Of a stretch of 64,000 bases of DNA, positions 35,810-45,462 are shown in pieces. Location of the stretch: the NCBI GenBank assembly GCA_964348275.1, contig CAYGBT010000007.1, positions 3,046 through 67,045 of the forward strand. Reading direction: 5' to 3'. A program made the position numbers and the translations under genes. The DNA comes from an uncultured bacterium (GTDB taxonomy: Bacteria; Methylomirabilota; Methylomirabilia; Methylomirabilales; CSP1-5). Numbering within the stretch: the stretch's first letter is position 1; the number at the start of each line of letters is the position of its first letter. The notes beneath the pieces are model-generated. The model worked only from the letters and a program-made list of their open reading frames with translations, had not been told where the DNA came from and did not search any database.

Positions 35810-35937
35810 CGCCCCCTCCTCTTTTCCACGCGTGCTGCAAGAGACCAATCAGCACACCCTTCGTGAGATTTGTCTCCGCATAATACCAAAATTCCGCACG
35901 CGTATGCCTGCATTGCGTCAAAATTTTTCTCTCTCCC

Positions 35938-35967
35938 TTGACAGGTCAGCGCCTACCTCAATATTAA
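35938..35967 (+). promoter_or_regulatory. Promoter of sRNA copy 4
   Basis: TTGACA, 18 nt, TATTAA. Confidence 0.55.
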
Positions 35968-35972
35968 GGGCG

Positions 35973-36153
35973 AGTCCCAAGAGGTACGATCTGGTCCCCA
36001 TCACCGGGTCTTGTGATCCGGGGGGAACGGTGGGACCTGGAACTCGGGAAACCGAGCTCCGAATTCCGGTCCGAACGGAGCGGGAGGAGGAGAAAACAGG
36101 GACCGGCCGCCTGGGTGGAAAGATCAGAACGGATCACTTGGGGCTCATTTTTT
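35973..36153 (+). ncRNA. Structured sRNA of unknown family, copy 4 (long form)
   Basis: AGTCCCAAG..CTTGGGGCT closing helix followed by T6. It has hairpin CCGGGTC-TTGT-GATCCGG and the CTCGG-GAAA-CCGAG insert. Confidence 0.6.
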
Positions 36154-36230
36154 GGTTCAGGGTGCAAGGTTCAGAGTTCAGGGTTGACAGTTCAGAGACG
36201 GTTCAGCGTTCAGAGTTGAGCGCTCAGAGT

Positions 36231-36312
36231 CCATAGGCTTATACTCCGAGCTCCACCATGAACCATCCACCATGAACTGTCGGCCATGAACCATGAACTA
36301 TGAACCATGAAC
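36231..36312 (-). repeat. Z module, inverted copy
   Basis: Reverse complement of 19964-20046. Confidence 0.6.
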
Positions 36313-36360
36313 CGACTCGGTCGTCACCCGTCGGTCGTTGGCCATTGCCCGGCGAGTTCA

Positions 36361-36960
36361 GAGTCCAAAGTCCAACGCACAAAGCCCGAAGCAGGTGGGG
36401 GCGGCTCGGGAAAGCCCTCCTCGTCGTTGGCGAAACAGCTCAAGTGGGTTGATCTCACCTGGGCTTAGGGCACCGGGACGGAAGCTGATTTTTTGATCCA
36501 GTAGTTTGGTGGACCCCGGTATCCCGAATGTTGCTCGCGAGTGTCTTGTGATCCAAGACTTTTCTACGGAGGCGCGAGTTTCGCCTTCCTCCGAGGTCGG
36601 CCTTCCCCTCGCCGCCGTGCACGGGGCAATAGCGATGGCCGACCACTGATTTCCGATTTCGAATTTCGGATTTCGAATTGGTCGTAACGCTGAACCGTCG
36701 ACTCTGAAGGCTGGACCAAGTGCCCAACGATCGAACTTCCGAAAGGCGAGGAGGGGGTTCCTTCCGAGGCGGGCGACATCTGGCTTGCGTCGGCTCCGAA
36801 GGCATTCGGAAAGCGCAGCGCAGGTGGGGGTGGCCCGCACTGGCGAATGACAACGCCTATGCATGCGTAAAGTTGCCTCTGCGCGTCAAGTCCGCGGAGA
36901 ATAATGGCGCCGCCGAGGAAGGTCCCTCCAAGCCCTTACTCTTCTGTCGTATGACTTCGC
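36361..36960 (-). repeat. B element copy 2 (inverted)
   Basis: Reverse complement is collinear with 23133-23719. Confidence 0.6.
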
Positions 36961-37058
36961 CTGACGCGTCCACGGCTCCCATACGCCTTCTTGTGAATCT
37001 GTGTATTTGTGGTGTAAGATTAGAAACTAGCGGCAAAGGATGGGAGTGGGGTTGTTTG

Positions 37059-37733
37059 ATGCGGATCCTGGTGGTGGAAGACGAAAAGAAAGTCGCCAGC
37101 TTTATCAAGCAAGGCCTCGAAGAAGAGGGCTATGCGGTCGATGTCGCCCCCGATGGCGAGGAAGGCTTGGGGATGGCTTTGGATCGGGTGCATGACCTGG
37201 TCATCCTCGACATCCACCTACCCAGGATGGACGGGCTCCAGGTCCTCCAGGAGCTCCGGAAGGAAAAGGTGACGACGCCTGTCCTGCTCCTGACGGTGCG
37301 GGCAAACATCGAGGACAAGGTGTTGGGTCTGGATGCCGGAGCCGACGATTACCTGACCAAGCCCTTCGCATTCGAAGAGCTTCTCGCCAGGGTCCGAGCC
37401 TTGCTCCGACGACGCACCGAGGCAGAGCCGCCGGTCCTCCAGGTCGCCGATCTGTCGCTCGATCCCGCCCGGCATGCCGTCACGCGAGGTGGTAAGAAGG
37501 TCGACCTGTCCCCCAAGGAGTTCGCCCTGCTCGCGTACTTCATGCGCAACCCTGGCCGTGTGCTGACGCGCACGATGATTTCCGAACACGTGTGGGATTA
37601 CGACTTCGACACAATGACCAACGTCATCGATGTTTACGTGAACTACCTGAGAAAGAAGATCGACACCGGTCATGAACCGAAGCTGATCCACACGATCCGT
37701 GGAGTCGGCTACGTGCTGAAAGCGGAGGCATGA
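37059..37733 (+). CDS. OmpR-family heavy-metal-type response regulator (CusR/CopR-like)
   Basis: MRILVVEDEKKVASFIKQGLEEEGY ... TIRGVGYVL, closely resembling CusR as I recall it. Confidence 0.9.
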   Translation: MRILVVEDEKKVASFIKQGLEEEGYAVDVAPDGEEGLGMALDRVHDLVILDIHLPRMDGLQVLQELRKEKVTTPVLLLTVRANIEDKVLGLDAGADDYLTKPFAFEELLARVRALLRRRTEAEPPVLQVADLSLDPARHAVTRGGKKVDLSPKEFALLAYFMRNPGRVLTRTMISEHVWDYDFDTMTNVIDVYVNYLRKKIDTGHEPKLIHTIRGVGYVLKAEA

Positions 37734-39139
37734 TGCGCATCCGGTCCATCCGCGCACGCCTTACCCTCTGGTACACCAGCCTCCTGACGGTGACCTTCCT
37801 GTTGTTGGGAGGGACGGCTTACGGGCTCTTGGCGTACAGCCTCTCCCGTGACCTCGATACCGCGCTTAAAGGCGTGGCCCAGGCCGTGGCCAAACAGGCC
37901 CCGCGAGGCATCAGTCCGTTTTTTGCCTCCCGCATCGACGAGGTCTTCCGGCGATTCTTCGGCAGATCGCCGTTTGACCGGTACTTCGAGATGCGTGATC
38001 CGTCGGGTGAGCATGACCCCCGGTTGCCTCGCTCCTCCTCCGGTAAGCTGCCGCTGAGCCCGAAGGCCCGGAAGAACGCCTTGAGGGGGCGTCCGACCTT
38101 TGAAACGCTCGGAGGCTTGGGGGAGTATCCGGTGCGGGTGCTCACCCTGCCCGTCGTCAAGGCGGGTCGCCTCACCAACGTGGTCCAGGTGGGGATGTCC
38201 CTCGAGCGCGTGTACGAAACGCGTCGTCGGTTCCTCGTGATCATGGCGGCGCTGCTCCCCCTCGGTTTGTTACTGGCAGGTGGAGGCGGATGGGTCTTGG
38301 CCCATCGTGCGCTCAAACCAGTGGACCGGATGACGGAGGCCGCCCGTCGTATCAGCGCGGAACACCTGGCCCAGCGCCTAGAAGAGACCGGAGCCGGCGA
38401 TGAGCTGGATCGGCTGTCCAAAACCCTGAACGAGATGCTTGGCCGCCTGGACATTGCCTTTAGCCAGATCCGTCAATTCAGCGCTGACGCCTCCCACGAG
38501 CTGCAAACACCCCTCACCATCCTGAAGGGCGAACTCGAAGTCGCCCTGCGCGCGCCGCGGAGCTCGGACGAATATGAGCGCATCCTGAAGAGTGCCCTGG
38601 AGGAGATCGATCGGATCGCACATCTGGTGGAGGGCCTCCTGCTCCTCGCCCGCGCTGATGCCGGCGTGCTCCGGATGGATCGCCGACCGGTGGACCTGGC
38701 GCAACTGGTGGAAGATGTCTATGGACAGGCCAAGGTGCTCGCCGACGCCAAAACCCTCACCGTTGGCCTCGGGCCAGTGGAGCCTGTGTCGATCGAGGGC
38801 GATGCCGAGCGTCTCCGGCGACTCTTGTTGAATCTCGTGGACAATGGGATCAAATACACGCCGCCCGGCGGCCAGGTGACGCTTTCTCTCGAAAGCGACG
38901 GCGCATGGGCGTCGCTGAAGGTTGCGGACACTGGGTTTGGCTTATCTCGGGAAGCGCAAGAGCAGATCTTTCAACGGTTCTATCGCGCTGAGGAGACCCG
39001 GACGCGTGGCGAAGGGGGTGCCGGTCTCGGGCTCTGCATCGCCCGATCCATCGCCGAGGCCCATAGCGGAAGGATTCAGGTCGAGAGTACCCCGGGCCAC
39101 GGGTCTGCCTTTACCGTTCTTCTGCCCCTTCACTCCTAA
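37730..39139 (+). CDS. Heavy-metal-type sensor histidine kinase (CusS-like)
   Basis: 4-nt overlap with the regulator gene, two TM helices, HAMP, H-box SHELQTPL, and an ATPase domain. Confidence 0.9.
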   Translation: MMRIRSIRARLTLWYTSLLTVTFLLLGGTAYGLLAYSLSRDLDTALKGVAQAVAKQAPRGISPFFASRIDEVFRRFFGRSPFDRYFEMRDPSGEHDPRLPRSSSGKLPLSPKARKNALRGRPTFETLGGLGEYPVRVLTLPVVKAGRLTNVVQVGMSLERVYETRRRFLVIMAALLPLGLLLAGGGGWVLAHRALKPVDRMTEAARRISAEHLAQRLEETGAGDELDRLSKTLNEMLGRLDIAFSQIRQFSADASHELQTPLTILKGELEVALRAPRSSDEYERILKSALEEIDRIAHLVEGLLLLARADAGVLRMDRRPVDLAQLVEDVYGQAKVLADAKTLTVGLGPVEPVSIEGDAERLRRLLLNLVDNGIKYTPPGGQVTLSLESDGAWASLKVADTGFGLSREAQEQIFQRFYRAEETRTRGEGGAGLGLCIARSIAEAHSGRIQVESTPGHGSAFTVLLPLHS

Positions 39140-39393
39140 ATCAACCACCCCTGACCGACCTCCCCCCTGCTGGATCTTCACTCCGATTCTCTCTTCGACA
39201 AAGGGATCGACGGCAGCCTCAGACCGAAGACAGGGCACCTCGGACTGCGGACTCCTAGATGAGAAACTTCTAATTCTCGGTTAATCCCTGTCTAATGTTG
39301 ACCGACTACACTCAGCGGCGTAGGCAAACGCATGCTCCGTTATTACGATGGATCGCTCAAGACGTCCATCACAGCAGACATGGAGGATCACAT

Positions 39394-40887
39394 ATGGTGT
39401 CAAGGGTTAGGGAGCACCTGAACAACAAGCGATTTCGGGCGACGACCGTAGCGGTGGTCGCCATGTCCTTCTTCCTGGTCGGTTTCGGGGTGGCGTCGGA
39501 TGTCCACCGAACCAGCGCCTCAGCGGCCGAAGGCCTCGGCAACGGAGTCCAGGAATCCGCGGCCGGACCGACGCATCCCCGTTCGTTCTCCGAGTTAGCC
39601 AAGACGCTGGGCCCGACGGTCGTCAATATCAAGGTGACCAGGGTGGAGAGGGTTGGCGCGATTCCTCGACCCGAGATTCCCGAGGGGCCCTTCGGGGATT
39701 TTTTCAAAGAATTTTTCAAGCAGATGCCGCAGCTCCCGAAGCATTTCCAGAGGGAGGGTGCGGGGTCAGGCGTCATCATCAGCCGTGACGGCTACGTGGT
39801 CACGAACAACCATGTGGTGGAAGGCGCAAAGGCATTGACTGTCACATTAGCGGACAAGCGAGAGTATGAGGCGCGCATCGTGGGGCGCGATCCCAAGACG
39901 GACCTGGCGCTACTCAAGATCGAGGCCCCGGAGCCTTTCCCCGTCGCGACCCTGGGCGACTCGGATCAGCTCAAGGTGGGCGACTGGGTCCTGGCCATCG
40001 GAAACCCGTTTGGCTTGAGCAACACCGTGACCGCTGGGATCGTGAGCGCCAAGGGGCGGGTGATCGGGGCCGGCCCCTATGATGACTTCATCCAGACCGA
40101 CGCCTCCATCAATCCGGGCAACTCCGGCGGCCCGCTCTTCAACATGAGGGGGCAGGTGATCGGCATTAACACCGCGATCAATCCCGCCGGTCAGGGGATC
40201 GGATTTGCCATCCCGATCAACATGGTCAAGCCCCTGATTCCCCAATTGGTGGCGGCTGGCGAGGTGACCCGCGGCTACCTCGGGGTCAGCATTCAGTCGA
40301 TCACGGCTGAGTTGGCACGGGCGCTCAAGCTGGAGGGGAAAAAGGGTGCCCTTGTCGCGGATGTCTTCTCGGGAAGTCCTGCCGAGAAGGCCGGGATCCA
40401 GCGTGGCGATGTGATCGTCGCCTTCAACGACGAGGCGGTCGAAGCTGCCCGCGACCTACCCGCCATGGTCGCCAAGATTCGCGAGGGCCAAGAGGCCACC
40501 GTCACGGTCCTGCGCAGTGGCGTGGAGCGCCAGATTCCTGTCACGGTCGGAAAGTTCCCATCCAAGACAGCCAAGACTGAAAAGGCCAGCGAACCCGCGC
40601 AGGGAAAGTGGGGACTCCAGCTCCAGGATGTGAATCCCCGGATGGCGGACCAGCTTGGCCTCGAGGCTGACCGCGGTGTCGTGGTCGTCGGGGTCGAGCC
40701 ACGAAGCCCCGCAGCTCGGGCCGGCATCCGTCGGGGAGACGTCATCCTCGAGGTGAATCGTCAACCGGCCACCTCGGTCAAGGAGGTGACGGGAGCGATC
40801 GAAAAGGCCGAGGACGAAGACGCCCTCTTGCTGTTGGTGAAGCGGGATCGGGGAAGTTTCTTTGTTGCCCTTAGCAAGAAAACCTAA
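39394..40887 (+). CDS. Do/DegP/HtrA family serine endopeptidase with two PDZ domains
   Basis: TNNHVV, DLALLK and GNSGGPL triad motifs; ATG at 39394 after GGAGGA. Confidence 0.9.
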   Translation: MVSRVREHLNNKRFRATTVAVVAMSFFLVGFGVASDVHRTSASAAEGLGNGVQESAAGPTHPRSFSELAKTLGPTVVNIKVTRVERVGAIPRPEIPEGPFGDFFKEFFKQMPQLPKHFQREGAGSGVIISRDGYVVTNNHVVEGAKALTVTLADKREYEARIVGRDPKTDLALLKIEAPEPFPVATLGDSDQLKVGDWVLAIGNPFGLSNTVTAGIVSAKGRVIGAGPYDDFIQTDASINPGNSGGPLFNMRGQVIGINTAINPAGQGIGFAIPINMVKPLIPQLVAAGEVTRGYLGVSIQSITAELARALKLEGKKGALVADVFSGSPAEKAGIQRGDVIVAFNDEAVEAARDLPAMVAKIREGQEATVTVLRSGVERQIPVTVGKFPSKTAKTEKASEPAQGKWGLQLQDVNPRMADQLGLEADRGVVVVGVEPRSPAARAGIRRGDVILEVNRQPATSVKEVTGAIEKAEDEDALLLLVKRDRGSFFVALSKKT

Positions 40888-40904
40888 GCTCGAAAGGAGA
40901 CCGC

Positions 40905-41072
40905 ATGCGGAACAAGCGGGATTACAAACAAGAGCACCAGAAACTTTTACACCGGGCAAAGAGCGGGAACTCTTCGGCCAAGAAGAAGCTCCGGCATTTA
41001 GGGCTGCTCTACTGGGAGCATAAGGGGAGAGTGATTGTGAAGGAGGCTGACCACGCCGTCCTAAAGGGCTGA
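40905..41072 (+). CDS. Small basic hypothetical protein (55 aa)
   Basis: ATG preceded by AAGGAG at 5 nt. The ORF is below the ORF-track size cutoff. Confidence 0.35.
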   Translation: MRNKRDYKQEHQKLLHRAKSGNSSAKKKLRHLGLLYWEHKGRVIVKEADHAVLKG

Positions 41073-41099
41073 GGCCGTCACCGTATTTGCGAATCGAAG

Positions 41100-41238
41100 C
41101 ACTAGTGCCGTTCCAACTCTTTTCGCCAAGTACAGAGGTATGCGGTGCTAAGTGCAGGCCAGCTAGCTTGCTCGGCCCGTTCCTTGACTGGAACGAGCCT
41201 TGCCCGTATTCGGGGTAATACTTTGGAACGGTACTAGT
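41100..41238. mobile_element. MITE-like element with CTAGTGCCGTTCCAAC terminal inverted repeats
   Basis: Left end is CACTAGTGCCGTTCCAAC and right end is TTGGAACGGTACTAG. A second copy lies at 45355-45462. Confidence 0.55.
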
Positions 41239-41285
41239 CCAGGTACCGCCGCAAGAACGTGCCGATCCGGGTGTAGACTTCACCG

Positions 41286-41877
41286 TCCGATGTCCGACGA
41301 CAAAAGAAGAAGGACTCGGTGTGGGACCTTCCTCGGCGGCGAGGGGAAGGCCGACCTCGGAGGAAGGCGTAAACCGCTTTCCGGGCCGTCGAGCAGGACA
41401 CGCACGCCCCTCGCCCCGGGCCTCCTGTTGTTTCAGCCGAGGGAGGACCGTTCCGCTCGTCGGCGGAAAATTCCACTGGTCAATACTTCGTCAAGTTGGG
41501 TGTTCCGCACGAACGCCCTTCGGCAAGGCAACAGGAGGGCCACCCCCACCTACGCTGCGCTTTCCGAATGCCTTCGGAACCGTCGAAAACCAGTTTCCGC
41601 CTTCCTCGCGCATCCGGCCCCCCTCGGCTTACCAACCTAAATCTTGACGTTTCTAACGCTAGGCCAGCGCGTGCATGCCCCGAGCGACATTGCCGAAAGT
41701 CCGAAAGCCTTCGGACCGACTCAGGGTCGCCGCGGGCCCGAAGGGTTCCGGGCTCTTGCGGAGAGGCCTGGAGCGAGGGGCCAAAGGTGTTGGTCCAACA
41801 GATTCAACAAGCCGAGGAGTTTTTCCGACGACGAGGAGGGGTTTCCCAAGTCGTCCACTCCTGCGTCGGACATCGCC
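41286..41877 (+). repeat. B element copy 4 (divergent, recombined)
   Basis: Shares the left end TCCGATGTCCGACGAC, the GGCGAGGGGAAGGCCGACCTCGGAGGAAGGCG block, the X-module block and the right end GCGTCGGACATCG. Confidence 0.45.
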
Positions 41878-42077
41878 TGGCGGGTTCAGTCAGTAGAGGC
41901 TCAAGACCCGGCGGGGGCCTTCTAGAGCCCTCCCGGTGTCCTAATCCTGCCAGGTCGTCCACCCTCCCGTGTCAATCTGACAAATGAGCACTCAACCAAT
42001 ATACGTAAGTCCTTAATTAATCGAATCTTTTCATTTATCCCGCCCAACCACCCCCCTCCCGTCGGCTGGCAGGAAAA

Positions 42078-44192
42078 ATGCAGCTACCGTTGCCGGTGAT
42101 GGAATCTGCTACATACGGAAGAGCCCAAAAAGTGTGGGGGGAGCACCCCGTACCCTCTGACCACCCCCAGCGCTACCCCGCCGGCCCCGGCCTGGTCTTC
42201 CTTCTGGTAGTCCTCGTCCTATCCTTAGTGCCAGAGGTGGTCCGCCGAGAAGCCGTTCGGCGCCTCGAGGTCCAGATTAATGCGCCCGTGGCCATCGCGG
42301 ATGTCGACCTGAATTACCTGACGGGCAAAGCGCGGGTCTCGGGCCTCGTGATTGGCGGCGGGAGGCAGGCCGTCCTCCGGGTTCCGAGCCTCGAGCTGAC
42401 CTTCTCCCGGCGCGCCCTCCTCCGGCGCGAGGTCATCGTCCACCGGGTGACGGCTCGTCAGCCAGAGCTCACCCTCGTGCGGACCGGACCGACCCGCTGG
42501 AACATCGACAAAATCCTTCACTCCCGGGCGGAGGGGGCCATGGACGTCGGCAGGCTGCCGATCGCGCGCCTGGAAGTCCAGGAAGGCCAGCTCACCGTCG
42601 TGGACCGCACGACGACCCCCGTAGTCAAGAGTGTGTTTCGAGACCTCGAGCTCTCGCTTCAGCCGGTGCCCTTGACACCCGAGGCGAAGCCCGGGCTGAT
42701 GACGGGGCAGGCCCGCCTCGGCGAGGGCTCCGTCCGTATGAGCGGCACGCTTCACCTGCGGCCCTTTATCAGCCGCCTCAAGGTCACCGCCACACGCGTC
42801 CCCATTGCGACGTTTCAGGGTTATATCAACCAGCTCTTTCGAATTGTCGACTCCGTTGGAGGCGAACTTGACGGGCGTCTGGACGTCACCGCGGCCTTGC
42901 ACGAGCAGGAGCATCTCGCCGTCGAGGCCCGTGGAGACATCGAGGGGCACAACGTCGCCTTTGGATTGCCCGGCGACCAGGAGCCCTTCTTTCACGCGAC
43001 GCGGCTCACCGCCGACCTCACCCGGGGGCGCATGACGCCGGCCCTTGACGTCAAGGTCTCGGACGTCAACGTCTTTGAAGCCACCCTTCGAATCACGCGG
43101 GACCGCCAAGGAAACTTCCCCCTCCGACGGCTCTGGGTAGCGTCCCTTACGCAGGATTCGAAGGCAAACGCGAAGTCGCCGGCGCCGCCGGATGCCCCGT
43201 CATCACTCGCGATCCGACACCTCGCGGCCAGCGACAGCCGCATCGAGCTCGTGGACGCAACCGTCAGCCCGGCCTTCACCGGCGTCATGTCCGACGTGAC
43301 AGCCGAGGTCCGCAACTCCTCCAAGACCGAGCGGGCCACGTTGAAACTCAAGGGAAACGTGGGAGGGTTAGCCCCCATCACGCTCAAGGGGTGGTTTGCG
43401 CCGGTCGCGCGGCCCCGCAAGATTTACATTGAGGGAACACTGTACGACTACGAGCTGTCACGGGTCAACCCATACGCAGAAAAGTACGTCCGGCAGCGGG
43501 TCCGTCGGGGTCGCGTGACCACCCAGATGAAGTATCAGTACGACGCCGGCAACCTCGCCGTCGGCAATGAGATTCGAATCCGGCGGATTAAGCTCGGTCA
43601 CGCCCTGGGCACCGAGTTCGAGCAGCAGGTCGGCATCCCCCTCAAGCTCGCCCTGGCGCTCCTCGAAGGTATGAACGGCGAGATCCGCCTGCGCGTGCCC
43701 GTGCAGGGCAATCTGGACAATCCGAAGTTCCATCTCAATAGGGTTGTCTGGAAGGCGGTGCGAAACGCGGTATTAAAGACGATCGCGGGACCGTTCAAGC
43801 TCTTCGGCAGCATTATCACTGCGGGTGGAAAGATCACGGCGGTCAGGATCAAACCCGTTCACTTTGCACCGGGTTCGGTCGAGCCCGATCCTCAGGGGGG
43901 GGCGCGACTCAAGGGACTCATCTCTTACATGCGAAAGCGACCAAAGGTCGAATTGCAGCTACGGGGACGGGCGTCTCTTCAGGAGGCCAAAGCCCTGGCA
44001 CCGGAGCGCCGCCGCGGCAAGGTTGCCACCAAAGGGGAGTTGCGGAGGCTTGCCGAAGACCGTGCGCGGCACGTCGAGCGGGCGCTTGTCGGGCGCGGGA
44101 TCGCGCAAAAGCGGCTGTTCGTCGTCACTGGCGACCCGAAGGCCGTCAGGAAGAAAGGGTCGGGACGCGTCGAGTTTCGAATCCTCCACTAA
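42078..44192 (+). CDS. Large DUF748/AsmA-like envelope protein with an OmpA-like C-terminal segment
   Basis: 704 aa, N-terminal TM helix, beta-rich repeats. The family name is from memory. Confidence 0.6.
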   Translation: MQLPLPVMESATYGRAQKVWGEHPVPSDHPQRYPAGPGLVFLLVVLVLSLVPEVVRREAVRRLEVQINAPVAIADVDLNYLTGKARVSGLVIGGGRQAVLRVPSLELTFSRRALLRREVIVHRVTARQPELTLVRTGPTRWNIDKILHSRAEGAMDVGRLPIARLEVQEGQLTVVDRTTTPVVKSVFRDLELSLQPVPLTPEAKPGLMTGQARLGEGSVRMSGTLHLRPFISRLKVTATRVPIATFQGYINQLFRIVDSVGGELDGRLDVTAALHEQEHLAVEARGDIEGHNVAFGLPGDQEPFFHATRLTADLTRGRMTPALDVKVSDVNVFEATLRITRDRQGNFPLRRLWVASLTQDSKANAKSPAPPDAPSSLAIRHLAASDSRIELVDATVSPAFTGVMSDVTAEVRNSSKTERATLKLKGNVGGLAPITLKGWFAPVARPRKIYIEGTLYDYELSRVNPYAEKYVRQRVRRGRVTTQMKYQYDAGNLAVGNEIRIRRIKLGHALGTEFEQQVGIPLKLALALLEGMNGEIRLRVPVQGNLDNPKFHLNRVVWKAVRNAVLKTIAGPFKLFGSIITAGGKITAVRIKPVHFAPGSVEPDPQGGARLKGLISYMRKRPKVELQLRGRASLQEAKALAPERRRGKVATKGELRRLAEDRARHVERALVGRGIAQKRLFVVTGDPKAVRKKGSGRVEFRILH

Positions 44193-44208
44193 CGCGCAAA
44201 GCGCGCAG

Positions 44209-44280
44209 CAGTTCACGGTCCAAAGTTCACGGTTCACGGTTCACCGTTCAGAGTTGAGGGTCCAGAGTTCAGGGCTTAGG
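44209..44280. repeat. Degenerate GTTCACG/GTTCAGR heptamer array
   Basis: Direct reading. Confidence 0.6.
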
Positions 44281-44285
44281 TGCCT

Positions 44286-44780
44286 CAGTCCGACGTCCTA
44301 TGTCCGAAGTCGCCAAAAGGCGGGGAGGGGGTTCCTTCCGAGGCAGGCGGCATCTGGCTTGCGTCGGTTCCGAAGGCATTCGGAAAGCGGAGCGCAGGTG
44401 GGGGTGGCCCGCACTGGCGAAATACAACGCCTAAGCTTGCGTAAGGTTGCCCCTCTGCACCAAGTCCTCGGAGAATTATGGCGCCGCCGAGGAAGGTCCC
44501 TCCGAGCCTCTAGTCGACGGCCATCGCTATTGCCCCTTTCGCGGCGGCGAGGGGAAGGCCGACCTCGCAGGAAGGCAAAACTCGCGCCTCCGTAGAAAAG
44601 TCTTGGATCACAAGATACTCACGAACAACATCCGAGGTACCGGGGGCACCAAACTACTGAATCGCAAAATCGGCTTCCGTCCCGGTGCGCCAGGCCCAGA
44701 TGAGATCAACCCGCTTGAGCTGTTTTGCCGACGACGAGGAGAGGTTTCCCGAGTCGCCCCCACCTACCTCGGACTTCGCC
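44286..44780 (+). repeat. B element copy 3 with module X inverted relative to Y and no spacer
   Basis: 44300-44510 matches 36740-36935 on the same strand, whereas 44515-44780 matches 23457-23720 on the same strand. Confidence 0.55.
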
Positions 44781-44932
44781 CGGCGGGCTCAGGGTTCACA
44801 GACGACGGAAATTCGAATTTCGCAATTCGAAATTGAAAACATCCTGGTTGACGTCCGCCTGGCTCCTGTGATAGGCAGAGAGCCGCACCCCGTCTGTGTT
44901 GTCCTTTCCACTCCCTCGGGACATAAGACGAC

Positions 44933-45289
44933 ATGCTGCCTCGAAAGCGACCACGGCGCCCTTCCTCTCCCGAATGGCAGCAATACTATAGCCTCAGTCG
45001 GAAAGGATCATTTACCCGGCGAGAGGAGGTCAAGATTACAACAGCCTTCCGTTCCCTGGCACTCACGATTGCCTCTCGTGTCAGGAAGGAACGGAACCTG
45101 ACCCACTACCTGGAGCTCAGTGAGAAGGCGCCCGACCTGGCCCGACGTGCGCTCTACCTGCTGCGCGCTCTGGAGTTAGCGCAACAGGACGAGGACCCGG
45201 AGACGCGTCGGTGGGCCAGAGAACACCGCCGGGGGCTGCAAAGGCTCCTGGAGCTTCTCCAACGCAAGCGCCCCACCCGAAAAAAATAA
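44933..45289 (+). CDS. Arg-rich helical hypothetical protein
   Basis: 118 aa ORF with no clear RBS. Confidence 0.3.
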   Translation: MLPRKRPRRPSSPEWQQYYSLSRKGSFTRREEVKITTAFRSLALTIASRVRKERNLTHYLELSEKAPDLARRALYLLRALELAQQDEDPETRRWAREHRRGLQRLLELLQRKRPTRKK

Positions 45290-45354
45290 AAACAGTTCTG
45301 CACAGTTCTGTACTTGTATTTATTTAAGGATATGTGGCGCGGGGATTTGTGCGG

Positions 45355-45462
45355 CTAGTGCCGTTCCAACTTGTTCGGCCTAGTCCGAGTCCCACAGTTC
45401 GGCCTGCTTGCTCGGTTCAGTAAGCGGCAGTTGGTCGGGGAAACTAGTTGGAACGGCACTAG
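45355..45462. mobile_element. MITE-like element, copy 2
   Basis: Perfect 16-nt inverted ends CTAGTGCCGTTCCAAC / GTTGGAACGGCACTAG. Confidence 0.55.

Noticed and set aside
40456-41283. 275-aa minus-strand ORF
   Set aside because: Antisense to degP and runs across the MITE-like element.
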